A stretch of DNA of 45,709 bases from an uncultured Ruminococcus sp. (GTDB lineage Bacteria > Bacillota > Clostridia > Oscillospirales > CAG-272): the NCBI GenBank assembly GCA_902784545.1, contig CACZVC010000003.1, forward strand, positions 1 through 45,709, in the 5' to 3' direction. The position numbers and the translations under genes are program-made. Below the pieces are notes generated by a model. It was not told the origin of the DNA, made no database searches, and saw only the letters and a program-made list of their open reading frames with translations. Each line of letters opens with the position of its first letter. The stretch's first letter is position 1. Of the stretch, positions 24,221 through 32,961 are shown one piece after another.

Positions 24221-25117
24221 TTAATCCCTCCACAGATCCTTTTTGTATTCGCCTTTGTCGGTGAGCTCCTTTATCGAGGCTACGACCTGCTCCCTGTCCT
24301 CACGGTACGTCACGCCGAACCATTTCGAGCTTGTTTTGAGCACCTTTACGGTCGCGCCCCCGGTCATCGCTTCCTTTACCGCGGCGGGCAGATAATACTC
24401 GTCTTTGAGCGGTCTTTCGGCGTTGTTTATATTCATTACGAAGTTTTTGAAGCCTTTTGCGAGCACGTCCTTGAATTCCGGCGTGAAGCCCCAGAAATTC
24501 ATAGATACGGGAACGTGCGGATCGAGCGGGAATCTCTCTTCCTTTTCTATATACTCTATGCCGTTTTCCGTGACCTCTATCTTCGTCCTCTCGACAACGT
24601 CGGTAAGCATTCCGTTCTCATCGACGGAGCAGATGCCGCGCGATACGGAGCCGTGCTCGGTAACGGTGTTGTCAAGACGGAAGCCCGCCATGCAGTACTG
24701 ACCTTTTTTCGCCGTTCTGAGATAATCGGCAACGACCTCAAACGATTCCCTGCCGTAAAAGTCGTCCGCGTTTATGACCGCGAAATTATCGTCTATCAGC
24801 TCTCTCGCCGAATATACCGCGTGGCCCGTGCCCCACGGCTTTACTCTGCCCTCTGGGATCACCGCGCCCTCCGGTACGTCGTCTATCGTCTGATAAGCAT
24901 ATTCGACCTTCATTCCGGTTATGCGTTTGCCTATCGTTTCCTCAAAATCGGCTCTGTGCTCCGGCTTGATAATGAATATCACTTTGTTGAAGCCCGCCCT
25001 TTTCGCATCGTATATGGAGTAGTCCACTATGAATTCTCCGGCTTCCGAAACGGGCTCTATTTGTTTCATACCGCCGTAACGCGAGCCTAATCCCGCCGCC
25101 ATGATCACAAGTATCAT
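24221..25117 (-). CDS. Sugar-1-phosphate nucleotidylyltransferase family protein (specificity unknown)
   Basis: N-terminal MAAGLGSRYGGMKQ nucleotide-binding loop, KPWGTGHAV and INADDFYG. Abuts galE with no gap. Confidence 0.8.
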   Translation of the reverse strand: MILVIMAAGLGSRYGGMKQIEPVSEAGEFIVDYSIYDAKRAGFNKVIFIIKPEHRADFEETIGKRITGMKVEYAYQTIDDVPEGAVIPEGRVKPWGTGHAVYSARELIDDNFAVINADDFYGRESFEVVADYLRTAKKGQYCMAGFRLDNTVTEHGSVSRGICSVDENGMLTDVVERTKIEVTENGIEYIEKEERFPLDPHVPVSMNFWGFTPEFKDVLAKGFKNFVMNINNAERPLKDEYYLPAAVKEAMTGGATVKVLKTSSKWFGVTYREDREQVVASIKELTDKGEYKKDLWRD

Positions 25118-25132
25118 ATTTTTTACCTCATA

Positions 25133-27214
25133 TCATAATTTTATTGTTATTCCGTATTTATCGGAAAGCGCTTTAAGGAATACCGATTCGACCTGAGCTA
25201 TCTCCTCAAAGTCGAGCGTCCTTGTGGGATCGTTGTACTCGACTCTGATAAGCACGGACGTAAAGCCCTTCGGTACGCCCGCACCGACGTAAACGTCGCG
25301 CGGAGATACGTTGACGACTATATCCGACGCCGCTTTTATCTCGGGTGAATAATCGGTGAAATGAAGTCCGTTTTTGACTAAGAAATTGTATTCTCTCGTA
25401 ACTGACGGATACGCGCTGTCGAATTCTATGCTGCGCTTCGTTTCCTCAAAGCCCTCGAAGCAGAATTCGAGATACGCCGCGTCGTCGCGCGCGAGCTTAC
25501 CGTTTTCGAATTCAAGCAGCACCTTCGGGTCTATCTTTCCGATATAGCCGATGCGTCTGCCGTTCACGTAAATGTCGCCGCCCGCGCCCTGCTCGAACAT
25601 GCCGAGCCCGTCGGTGGGTCTGATCTCGTATTTTATGTTGAATTCGCGCATTATCGCGTCGAGCAGGCTGACCGCGTCGTAAACGCTGAACTTCGCGTCC
25701 TTGGCTATGCCGAAGCCGCGTCCGAGCTTGACGCCGGTCATAAGCGCGGCGAACACGTTTTTCTCGTTATAGCCGTCCTCGTGATCCTTCTGACGGAAGA
25801 AGCGCTTGCCGACCTCGAATATGCGGAGGTCGTTTTTGCCGACGGACATATTCGACACCGCGGTCGAGATAAGACCGTAGGCGAGGGACGGACGCATAAG
25901 CTCGTAGAAGTTGTTCAACGGATTGAGTATCTTTATATCTCCGTAATACTCAGAATCTTCTTTTATATGGAGCATCTGCATCGCGCTGCCGGGTATGAAG
26001 CCGTACGTCAGCACCTCGATGAAGCCGAAGCCGACCATTATATCGCGCAGCTTGTTAGCGTTTTTGTTGACCGGGTTTTCAACGTAGGGAGCGTACAGCT
26101 TGATGGGCTGAGGCTCTATGTTGTGATATCCGTACATACGCCCGACCTCTTCGATTATATCGACGTCGTATTCGATATCGAGGCGGAAATCCGGCACCGT
26201 GATCTTTATGTTCTCGCCGTCATCGCACTCCGTGCCGAAGAAGCAGTCGTTTAAATATTTGCAGATCTGCGGAATATCGAGATCGGAGCCTAAAACGGAG
26301 TTGATGCGCTTTTTCGTCACGGTTATCGTCTGCGGCCCGGCGGACGTGCCGTCCGTGTACATATATCCCGTTTTATTGTATTCGCCGCCGCAGAGCTCCG
26401 TTATCATTTTTATGCAGATAAGAGCGCCGGGCAGAGCCGTGGCGGGCGAAACGCCGCGCTCGAAGCGGTAGGAAGCCGCGGTCTGAACGTGGGTCTTCTT
26501 GCTCGTAACGCGCTCGATGATGTGGTCGAAGTTCGCGGATTCGATTATGATGTTTTTCGTTTCCGCCGTTACCTCCGGAGCGTGACCGCCGATTATACCG
26601 GCTACGCAGAGCGGATTTTCGTCGTCGGATATGAGCAGAGCGCCGGTCGGCAGCTCTATCTCGGTCGAGGCGAGCGTCGTGAATTTCGTCGGCGCGTGGA
26701 CGTTTTCTATCCTAATATCGCCCTTGACCTTGTCCGCGTCGAAAATGTGTATCGGCTGACCTATCTGCAAAAGCACGTAGTTGCTTATATCGACTATCGG
26801 GTTTATGCAGGCAATGCCGGATTTCATCAGCCTGTCTTTTATATATTCCGGCGTTTCGCCGGTGTTGTCCACGCCGCGTATCTCCGCCGCGCAGTATCTG
26901 TGCACGTCCTTTGAGTCTACGACTATCCTGTGCGAAAGCACGCCGTTGTCGTCAGTAAGCTCAAGCGGTACGTCGGGCGTGAAATTTTTCGTTTCCCTTC
27001 TTCCCCTGCCCGCGTAGTATTCGCGGAGCACGCCGGCGACGGAAAGCATATCCGGTCTGTTCGCCTTTACCTCTATTTCAACGGCTTTGTCGTCGCCGTA
27101 ATCCTCGATCGAGGCTATCTCGAAGCCCTGTAAATTGAGCCATTCAAGCAGGCCGTCGTAATCGGCTCCTATCTCGGATTCAGCCTTGAGCCAGTTATAT
27201 GAAAATTTGAACAT
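25133..27214 (-). CDS. pheT: Phenylalanine--tRNA ligase beta subunit, short form lacking the N-terminal OB-fold tRNA-binding domain
   Basis: MFKFSYNWLK start; B3/4 (NPIVDISNYVLLQIGQPIHIFDADK), B5, the catalytic-like core and a C-terminal FDX-ACB-like domain are all present. After about 45 aa the sequence jumps straight to EIEVKANRPDMLSVAGVLRE. Confidence 0.9.
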   Translation of the reverse strand: MFKFSYNWLKAESEIGADYDGLLEWLNLQGFEIASIEDYGDDKAVEIEVKANRPDMLSVAGVLREYYAGRGRRETKNFTPDVPLELTDDNGVLSHRIVVDSKDVHRYCAAEIRGVDNTGETPEYIKDRLMKSGIACINPIVDISNYVLLQIGQPIHIFDADKVKGDIRIENVHAPTKFTTLASTEIELPTGALLISDDENPLCVAGIIGGHAPEVTAETKNIIIESANFDHIIERVTSKKTHVQTAASYRFERGVSPATALPGALICIKMITELCGGEYNKTGYMYTDGTSAGPQTITVTKKRINSVLGSDLDIPQICKYLNDCFFGTECDDGENIKITVPDFRLDIEYDVDIIEEVGRMYGYHNIEPQPIKLYAPYVENPVNKNANKLRDIMVGFGFIEVLTYGFIPGSAMQMLHIKEDSEYYGDIKILNPLNNFYELMRPSLAYGLISTAVSNMSVGKNDLRIFEVGKRFFRQKDHEDGYNEKNVFAALMTGVKLGRGFGIAKDAKFSVYDAVSLLDAIMREFNIKYEIRPTDGLGMFEQGAGGDIYVNGRRIGYIGKIDPKVLLEFENGKLARDDAAYLEFCFEGFEETKRSIEFDSAYPSVTREYNFLVKNGLHFTDYSPEIKAASDIVVNVSPRDVYVGAGVPKGFTSVLIRVEYNDPTRTLDFEEIAQVESVFLKALSDKYGITIKL

Positions 27215-27231
27215 TTATTTTCTCCTCCTTA

Positions 27232-28230
27232 TCAAAGCTGTTCCCAAAGAGATATCTCGTTCTCGAAAAGCTTGCGCATTTCAAGTATCTTGTAGTAAAG
27301 CATGGGCAGACGGTTGAGTCCCCAGCCGAACGCGAAGCCCACGGTCTCGCGCGAATAGCCGACAGCCTCGAACACGTTCGGATGCACCATACCGGCGCCC
27401 GCGACTCTCATCCAGCCCGTGCCCTTGCACGTTCTGCAGCCCTTGCCGCCGCACATAATACAGCCCATATCGACCGCCGCCGACGGCTCCGTGTACGGAT
27501 AGTAGCAGGGTGAGAATTTCACCTTGTATTCGGGACCGAAAACGCGCTTTACGCTCTCCATGACCGCCCATTTGAGGTTGGCGAGGTTTATTCCCTCTCC
27601 GACGACAAGACCCTCGACCTGATAGAAGCACGGCGTGTGCTGCGGGTCTATCTCGTCGACTCTGTAAACGACGCCGGGGGAGATTATCATGAACGGCGGC
27701 TTGTGTTCAAGCATATATCTGACCTGAACGCAGGAGGTATGCGAGCGCAGAAGCACCTTCGGATATTCGAGATAAAACGTATCCTGCATATCTCTCGCCG
27801 GATGATAATACGGCATATTGAGCATTTCGTAGTTGTGGCGGTCGTTTTCTATCTCCGGACCGTAGGCGATGCTGAAGCCCATTTCCTTATAGACCTCCTC
27901 GAACATACGCCCCACGCGGATAAGCGGATGTATCTTTCCGCGTATGAATTCCGGCGACGGGACCGTAAGGTCGACCGCAAGATCCTTTTTGGATAATTCG
28001 GCTATCTTCTTTTTCGCCGCGGCTATCCTCTCCTCAAAATCCTTTTTAAAGTCGTTGATCGCCGCGCCGACTTCCTTTTTCTGTTCGTTCGGCAGAGCCT
28101 TCATTTCCGCGAAAAGCTCCTTCATCACCTTGCGGAACGCCGTTTCAACGCCCTGAAGCTTGTCCGGCGCGTCGCTTTGCTCGAGTTTCTCGGCAAGCTC
28201 CCGCTTTTTGTCGTCAATAAACTGTGCCAT
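27232..28230 (-). CDS. pheS: Phenylalanine--tRNA ligase alpha subunit
   Basis: HPARDMQDTFY, LLRSHTS and class-II motifs. Start set at the ATG at 28230 (AAGGAG 8 nt upstream), not the ORF-track 28260. Confidence 0.93.
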   Translation of the reverse strand: MAQFIDDKKRELAEKLEQSDAPDKLQGVETAFRKVMKELFAEMKALPNEQKKEVGAAINDFKKDFEERIAAAKKKIAELSKKDLAVDLTVPSPEFIRGKIHPLIRVGRMFEEVYKEMGFSIAYGPEIENDRHNYEMLNMPYYHPARDMQDTFYLEYPKVLLRSHTSCVQVRYMLEHKPPFMIISPGVVYRVDEIDPQHTPCFYQVEGLVVGEGINLANLKWAVMESVKRVFGPEYKVKFSPCYYPYTEPSAAVDMGCIMCGGKGCRTCKGTGWMRVAGAGMVHPNVFEAVGYSRETVGFAFGWGLNRLPMLYYKILEMRKLFENEISLWEQL

Positions 28231-28281
28231 AATGCGCACTCCTTCTGTTATATTCGTCATAAAATTATCATATTAAATTGT

Positions 28282-28310
28282 ATATTATCACATTTAAATC
28301 TAAATGTCAA
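28282..28310 (-). promoter_or_regulatory. Sigma-70-type promoter of pheS
   Basis: On the minus strand: TTGACA (28310-28305), 17 nt, TAATAT (28287-28282) with an extended TGa. This leaves a leader of only about 45 nt. Confidence 0.6.
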
Positions 28311-28508
28311 GAACATTTTTGTTAAATCGGGTATCGATGCGGGAAAACGTAAAAATACGTATCAAACAAGACCTTTACGAAGCGCGGCGGCGGCTTATAA
28401 CGCGATTGATGCAAATTTTACCTGACAGCATGGGCGAATACCTCTCTTTTTGTCGATTTTCCACAAAAAACGCGCCGTATTTTCTACAACCGCAAAATCA
28501 AAACTGCC

Positions 28509-28537
28509 TTGATTTGCTTATAATTTCAATTTATAAT
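28509..28537 (+). promoter_or_regulatory. Sigma-70-type promoter of the MBOAT/DHHW pair
   Basis: TTGATT (28509-28514), 17 nt, TATAAT (28532-28537). Confidence 0.55.
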
Positions 28538-28577
28538 AGGAAAAGCAAGATAAAAGGAGAGCCGCTTTGCGGCGTAT

Positions 28578-30002
28578 TTGCTTATGGTTTTTTCAACGCT
28601 TGAGTTTTTGTTCCTGTATCTTATTATCGCGCTCGGGTTTTATTACCTGTTCCCGCGGAAGATACGGAACATCTGGCTGCTTATCATCAGCCTTGTTTTC
28701 TACGGCTGGGGAGAGCCTATCTATCTGTTCCTTATGATATTCACGATAGTCGTCGACTACGTCTGCGGCTATATGGTGGACAAATTCAGGGCGGATAAAA
28801 AGAAAGCCAAGACCGCGCTCGTTATAAGCGTCATACTGAATCTCGCGATACTCGGATTTTTCAAGTATTACGACTTCATCGTCGGCAGTATAATCAACCT
28901 CATACCGGGTGTGAACATACCGCTGCTCGGTCTTTCGCTGCCTATCGGTATATCGTTCTACACGTTCCAGGCTCTGTCGTACGTCATAGACGTTTACAGA
29001 GGCGACGCGTCCGTGCAGAAGAAGATAACGTCCTTCGGCGCCTACGTAACGCTGTTCCCGCAGCTTATTGCCGGTCCTATCGTCAGATACAAGGACGTTG
29101 ACGACGCGCTGAACGAACGTACCGAAACTGTCGACCTTTTCGCCTCCGGCATACGCACGTTCATGGCGGGTCTGGGCAAAAAGATACTTTTCGCAAACGT
29201 TGTCGGTCAGCTCTGGGCGAACATACGCGACGTGCCTATGGGCGAGCGTACCGTCGTCGCCGCGTGGCTCGGAATAATCTTTTACTCATTACAGCTTTAT
29301 TTCGACTTTTCCGCGTATTCCGATATGGCCATAGGTCTGGGCAAGATGATGGGCTTCAGATTCTTGGAGAACTTCAACTACCCGTACATAGCCGACTCGA
29401 TAACGGACTTCTGGCGCAGATGGCATATGTCGCTTTCCACGTGGTTCCGCGACAACGTGTATTTCCCGCTCGGCGGCTCGCGCTGTTCCCTTTTCAAGAC
29501 TTACAGGAATCTTTTCATCGTATGGATGCTCACCGGCATATGGCACGGCGCCTACTGGAATTACATTTTATGGGGCGTGTTCTACGGCGTGATACTTATG
29601 ATGGAAAAGGGCTTTCTGCTCAAATGGCTTGAAAAGATACCGAAAGCCCTGCGCCACGTTTACACGCTTATAATCGTGCTTTTCGGCTGGCTGATATTCG
29701 TGTTCGAGAACACGAGCGAGGGCTTCGCGTATCTTAAAAATATGTTCGGCGTCGGCGCCGCGGGCTTTGCAAGCACGGCGGACGCGTATCTTGTACTGCG
29801 CAACCTGATCTTCATAGCGATACTCATAATCGCCTGCACGCCGCTGCCGAAAAAGCTGTTCTACAAGCTTTATTTCAACGAATTCAAGCCCGGCAAGGTC
29901 TGGCGCGTTCTCGTACCGGTCGGCTGCGTCGCTCTGCTCGTCGTCTGCACGGCGTACATGGTGGACAGCAGCTTCAACCCGTTTTTGTATTTCAGGTTTT
30001 AG
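28578..30002 (+). CDS. MBOAT family O-acyltransferase (AlgI/DltB/PatA-like)
   Basis: Multi-TM, with FYTFQALSYVIDVYRG and the catalytic-His region FWRRWHMSLSTWFRDNVYFPLGG. The start is either TTG 28578 or ATG 28584. Confidence 0.9.
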   Translation: MLMVFSTLEFLFLYLIIALGFYYLFPRKIRNIWLLIISLVFYGWGEPIYLFLMIFTIVVDYVCGYMVDKFRADKKKAKTALVISVILNLAILGFFKYYDFIVGSIINLIPGVNIPLLGLSLPIGISFYTFQALSYVIDVYRGDASVQKKITSFGAYVTLFPQLIAGPIVRYKDVDDALNERTETVDLFASGIRTFMAGLGKKILFANVVGQLWANIRDVPMGERTVVAAWLGIIFYSLQLYFDFSAYSDMAIGLGKMMGFRFLENFNYPYIADSITDFWRRWHMSLSTWFRDNVYFPLGGSRCSLFKTYRNLFIVWMLTGIWHGAYWNYILWGVFYGVILMMEKGFLLKWLEKIPKALRHVYTLIIVLFGWLIFVFENTSEGFAYLKNMFGVGAAGFASTADAYLVLRNLIFIAILIIACTPLPKKLFYKLYFNEFKPGKVWRVLVPVGCVALLVVCTAYMVDSSFNPFLYFRF

Positions 30003-30017
30003 AAGGAGGAGGATATA

Positions 30018-31454
30018 ATGGATAACAACGAAATCAAAGTTGAGAATCCGGTGAAAAAACCGAAGAAAAAGCCGGAAGCCGAAATTCTTCTCGACCGCCA
30101 GCTTGAAATGAAAACGAAAACAAGAAAAACGGATATCGCAATACTTGCGTCGTTCTGCGCTTTTATACTCTTTTTCGGCATAATGTTCTTCGTAATGCCC
30201 GACAAGGAGTATTCCGAAACGGAAAAACGCCCGCTGAAGCAGGCGCCGTCAATGACGTTTTCGAGGATAGGCGAGGATCTCAAACGCGACCTTAAGCTTA
30301 TGACGATGACCGAGACGGAAAAGAAGGCTTATATAGCCGAGCTCGGCGACAAGTATCTCGTCTTTTCCGACGAGATAGGCGATTATTACGCCGACCAGTT
30401 CCCGTTCCGCGACCAGCTCCGCACGGTCAAAGCCGCGGTCGAGATCGGGATGTTAAAGCAGGAGAACAACGACGTTTTGTTCGTCGGGAATTATCTTATC
30501 AAAAAAGACAGCGTATCCGGCGTGACGAAGGACGAGGACGGCACGTTCCGCGACAGAACGTATGAGGACGCCGCGGAGACGATAAAAACGAACGTCCATC
30601 TGCTTTCCGGTATCGAACAGAGCCTGCCCGAAGGCATAGATCTGCGCACCGCGGTAGCCGGAAGGACGGTTGACGCGGCAAAATCAAAGCTTCCCGCGGT
30701 ATTTCCGTACGAGGACACGCACGCGGACGTTTACTGGAAAGCTTATTCCGATCAGATAAACGCGGACTCGGTCAGCGCCGTTGAGCTCAAGGAAATGCTG
30801 AAAGCGCACTTTGAGAACGGCGAATACGTTTACTACAAGACCGACCACCACTGGACGTCGCTCGGCGCGTATTACGCGTACTGCGAGATAATAAAGTCGT
30901 ACGGGCTTGAGCCGTACCCGATAGATTCGTTCACAAGAGAAACGTATACGACGTCGTTTATCGGCACAACGTACGCAAAAGCCGGCGCCGCTTTCGGAGG
31001 AGCCGACACGATAGAGCTTTTCCGCTTCGAGGGCGACGAGGATTACACGACTAAGATCGTCAAAGGCGACAAGCTCACAACGCTCAAAGGCTTTTACAAC
31101 AAGGAAAAATACAGGGATATAAACGATAAATACAGCGTTTTCATCGGCTCCGACGACACGGGCGACGGCGGCAACAACGCCGTTACGCTCGTCACCAAAA
31201 ACGGCGAGAGCAGAAAGAAGCTGATACTTATAAAAGACAGCTTCGGCAACAGTATCGTTCCGTTCCTTGCAAGGCATTTCGACCTCGTGATACTCGACCT
31301 CAGAACGAGCTCGGAGGATTTCACGGGCTATCTGCAGGACCCCGACCTTGCGCATATCCTGGTACTGTATAATATGGAGACGTTCATGAACGACGCGAAG
31401 ATCTCAGACGCCGCGTCAAGGATCATCCCGTATTACAGAACGAAATCGCAATAA
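30018..31454 (+). CDS. DHHW family protein (AlgX/AlgJ-like SGNH partner of the MBOAT)
   Basis: GGAGGAGG RBS, an N-terminal TM anchor, the YYKTDHHWTSLGAYYAY signature and IKDSFGNSIVPF. Confidence 0.88.
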   Translation: MDNNEIKVENPVKKPKKKPEAEILLDRQLEMKTKTRKTDIAILASFCAFILFFGIMFFVMPDKEYSETEKRPLKQAPSMTFSRIGEDLKRDLKLMTMTETEKKAYIAELGDKYLVFSDEIGDYYADQFPFRDQLRTVKAAVEIGMLKQENNDVLFVGNYLIKKDSVSGVTKDEDGTFRDRTYEDAAETIKTNVHLLSGIEQSLPEGIDLRTAVAGRTVDAAKSKLPAVFPYEDTHADVYWKAYSDQINADSVSAVELKEMLKAHFENGEYVYYKTDHHWTSLGAYYAYCEIIKSYGLEPYPIDSFTRETYTTSFIGTTYAKAGAAFGGADTIELFRFEGDEDYTTKIVKGDKLTTLKGFYNKEKYRDINDKYSVFIGSDDTGDGGNNAVTLVTKNGESRKKLILIKDSFGNSIVPFLARHFDLVILDLRTSSEDFTGYLQDPDLAHILVLYNMETFMNDAKISDAASRIIPYYRTKSQ

Positions 31455-31456
31455 AA

Positions 31457-31554
31457 GCCTCCCTCCTTGAGGGAGGTGGCTCGACGGTACGTCGAGACGG
31501 AAGGAGCAGCCTTCCCCCGTTGGGGAAGGTGGCACGCAAAGCGTGACGGATGAG
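31457..31554. repeat. Tandem pair of family-2 structured repeat units (about 52 nt each)
   Basis: Unit 1 (31457-31508): gcctccctcc-ttga-gggaggtggc + tcgacg-gta-cgtcga + gacggaaggagca. Unit 2 (31509-31554): gccttcccc-gtt-ggggaaggtggc + acgc-aaa-gcgt + gacggatgagg. Unit 1 is the inverted homologue of 211-257. Confidence 0.75.
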
Positions 31555-31596
31555 GCGAACACCAGCCTCGCGGTCGTACCCATATCTGATGAGACT

Positions 31597-31630
31597 AAAA
31601 AAGCAACCTGACAAACCCGGTTGCTTTTTT
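31597..31630. terminator. Bidirectional terminator between DHHW and the AT-rich islet
   Basis: aaaaaagcaacc-tgacaaaccc-ggttgctttttt. Confidence 0.75.
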
Positions 31631-31631
31631 C

Positions 31632-31688
31632 ACGTTCCGCTCTGGCGGAACGTCGCATTCGGCGCCGTGGGGGTGGCGCCCGAATGCG
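31632..31688. repeat. Family-3 structured repeat, inverted orientation relative to 348-450
   Basis: acgttccgc-tctg-gcggaacgt (31632-31653) followed by cgcattcggcgcc-gtgggggt-ggcgcccgaatgcg (31654-31688). Confidence 0.75.
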
Positions 31689-31708
31689 CTTTTATGGGCG
31701 GATTACAC

Positions 31709-32146
31709 TTATAGTTGTTTAATCAATTCAATCAGTTCCTTTACTTGTGCTTCGTTTGCTTTTTGTCTGACAACTTGAAGCGCATTGAATTGTCCCGATG
31801 ACCAAATCGCCATTTTTTCAAATGTAATTCTCAAATCATTTGCATAATTTGAATCTATCCAGTCAGTGGTATCGCCTCTCGTTCTGCAGGCAAAAACAAG
31901 AATATCACAATAATCTGGAAACAATTTTAAACCTTTGTCATAGAATTCTGCGTAGTCGCCGGCAGTTATTATACCTATCTTTTTTCCGTTAAACTCTAAT
32001 TCCGCGGCTTCGTCGCCGGGCGAATCAACAATTGCCCCTCTTGCCAATTGTTTTGCGCCTTGATTTATCAATTCTTGAATTAAAAGCTTTAATGTCGTTG
32101 TTTTTCCGCTATTTCCTATACCGCGAAGTTTAATAATAATCGGCAT
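31709..32146 (-). CDS. Small stand-alone P-loop NTPase (145 aa), family not recognised
   Basis: Walker A GIGNSGKTT at residues 9-17 and a Walker-B-like CDILVFACRTRGD. AAGGAGA RBS. AT-rich. Confidence 0.75.
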   Translation of the reverse strand: MPIIIKLRGIGNSGKTTTLKLLIQELINQGAKQLARGAIVDSPGDEAAELEFNGKKIGIITAGDYAEFYDKGLKLFPDYCDILVFACRTRGDTTDWIDSNYANDLRITFEKMAIWSSGQFNALQVVRQKANEAQVKELIELIKQL

Positions 32147-32196
32147 ATTATTTCTCCTTTTTATAATTTGTTTTTATGAATCTTCAAAACATTTTA

Positions 32197-32904
32197 CTAT
32201 CTTGTTACTGTAATTATCACGCAAGTGTTTAAGCTGTCATTAACCTCCAACACCTGATAACCTACATAATTTGCATCATTATCATAAACAAGCGCAATTC
32301 TCAAAACCGTGGTTTCATCAGTCATCAAAAATCCGACCATCGGATTTTTCATTACTTTTCCGGTGATTTGATATATGAAAATATTATATGATGATAGACC
32401 TTTGGAATTGTTTAGCAGATTCCTTTTTTCAGAGCTTGATAAAGCGCCTTTTTTTACCGCTTCGTCACAGATGTAAATCGAAGTATTCTTGTTTTTTACA
32501 AATCTTGATATTGCATCGGAATAACTCATAAAAAATACATTTCCGGGAGATATTCCATCGTTCTGTAAAACACTGTCCACGTCTTGTGAGATCCTGTTAC
32601 GTATCTTTCTTGTATCAATGGTTTCAGTATAAGAATAAAAGCATTTTTTACACGTATATGAGATTTTTCCGTTGTTTTCAATCGTCGGTTCAACAATTAC
32701 TTTCTTTTCAAACTCGTGATTTTCAACAGCCGGGATTTTTTCGGTATAACTATAACCGCATTTTGTGCAATAATACGTCTTTTCGCCGTCTGCACACGTT
32801 GGCTCTCTTGTAATTTTTGAGGAGAATGTATGACTGCATGAACACGATGTAATAGCATATGTCAAAATCATAACAATTAAAATAAGAAAACATATTTTTT
32901 TCAC
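32197..32904 (-). CDS. Lipoprotein with two Cys-rich zinc-ribbon-like repeats, function unknown
   Basis: GTG start with a GGAGAA RBS and lipobox-like LTYAITSCSC. Repeats: EPTCADGEKTYYCTKCGYSYTEKI and EPTIENNGKISYTCKKCFYSYTETI. Confidence 0.75.
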   Translation of the reverse strand: MKKICFLILIVMILTYAITSCSCSHTFSSKITREPTCADGEKTYYCTKCGYSYTEKIPAVENHEFEKKVIVEPTIENNGKISYTCKKCFYSYTETIDTRKIRNRISQDVDSVLQNDGISPGNVFFMSYSDAISRFVKNKNTSIYICDEAVKKGALSSSEKRNLLNNSKGLSSYNIFIYQITGKVMKNPMVGFLMTDETTVLRIALVYDNDANYVGYQVLEVNDSLNTCVIITVTR

Positions 32905-32961
32905 TTTTGTATTCTCCTATCTTCTTTACGATTTTTGTAAGAAATTATGATTTATCAAACT

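Noticed and set aside
28231-28577. A T-box riboswitch upstream of pheS.
   Set aside because: I looked on the minus strand for the conserved T-box sequence and a specifier/antiterminator fold and found none. The predicted promoter leaves too short a leader.
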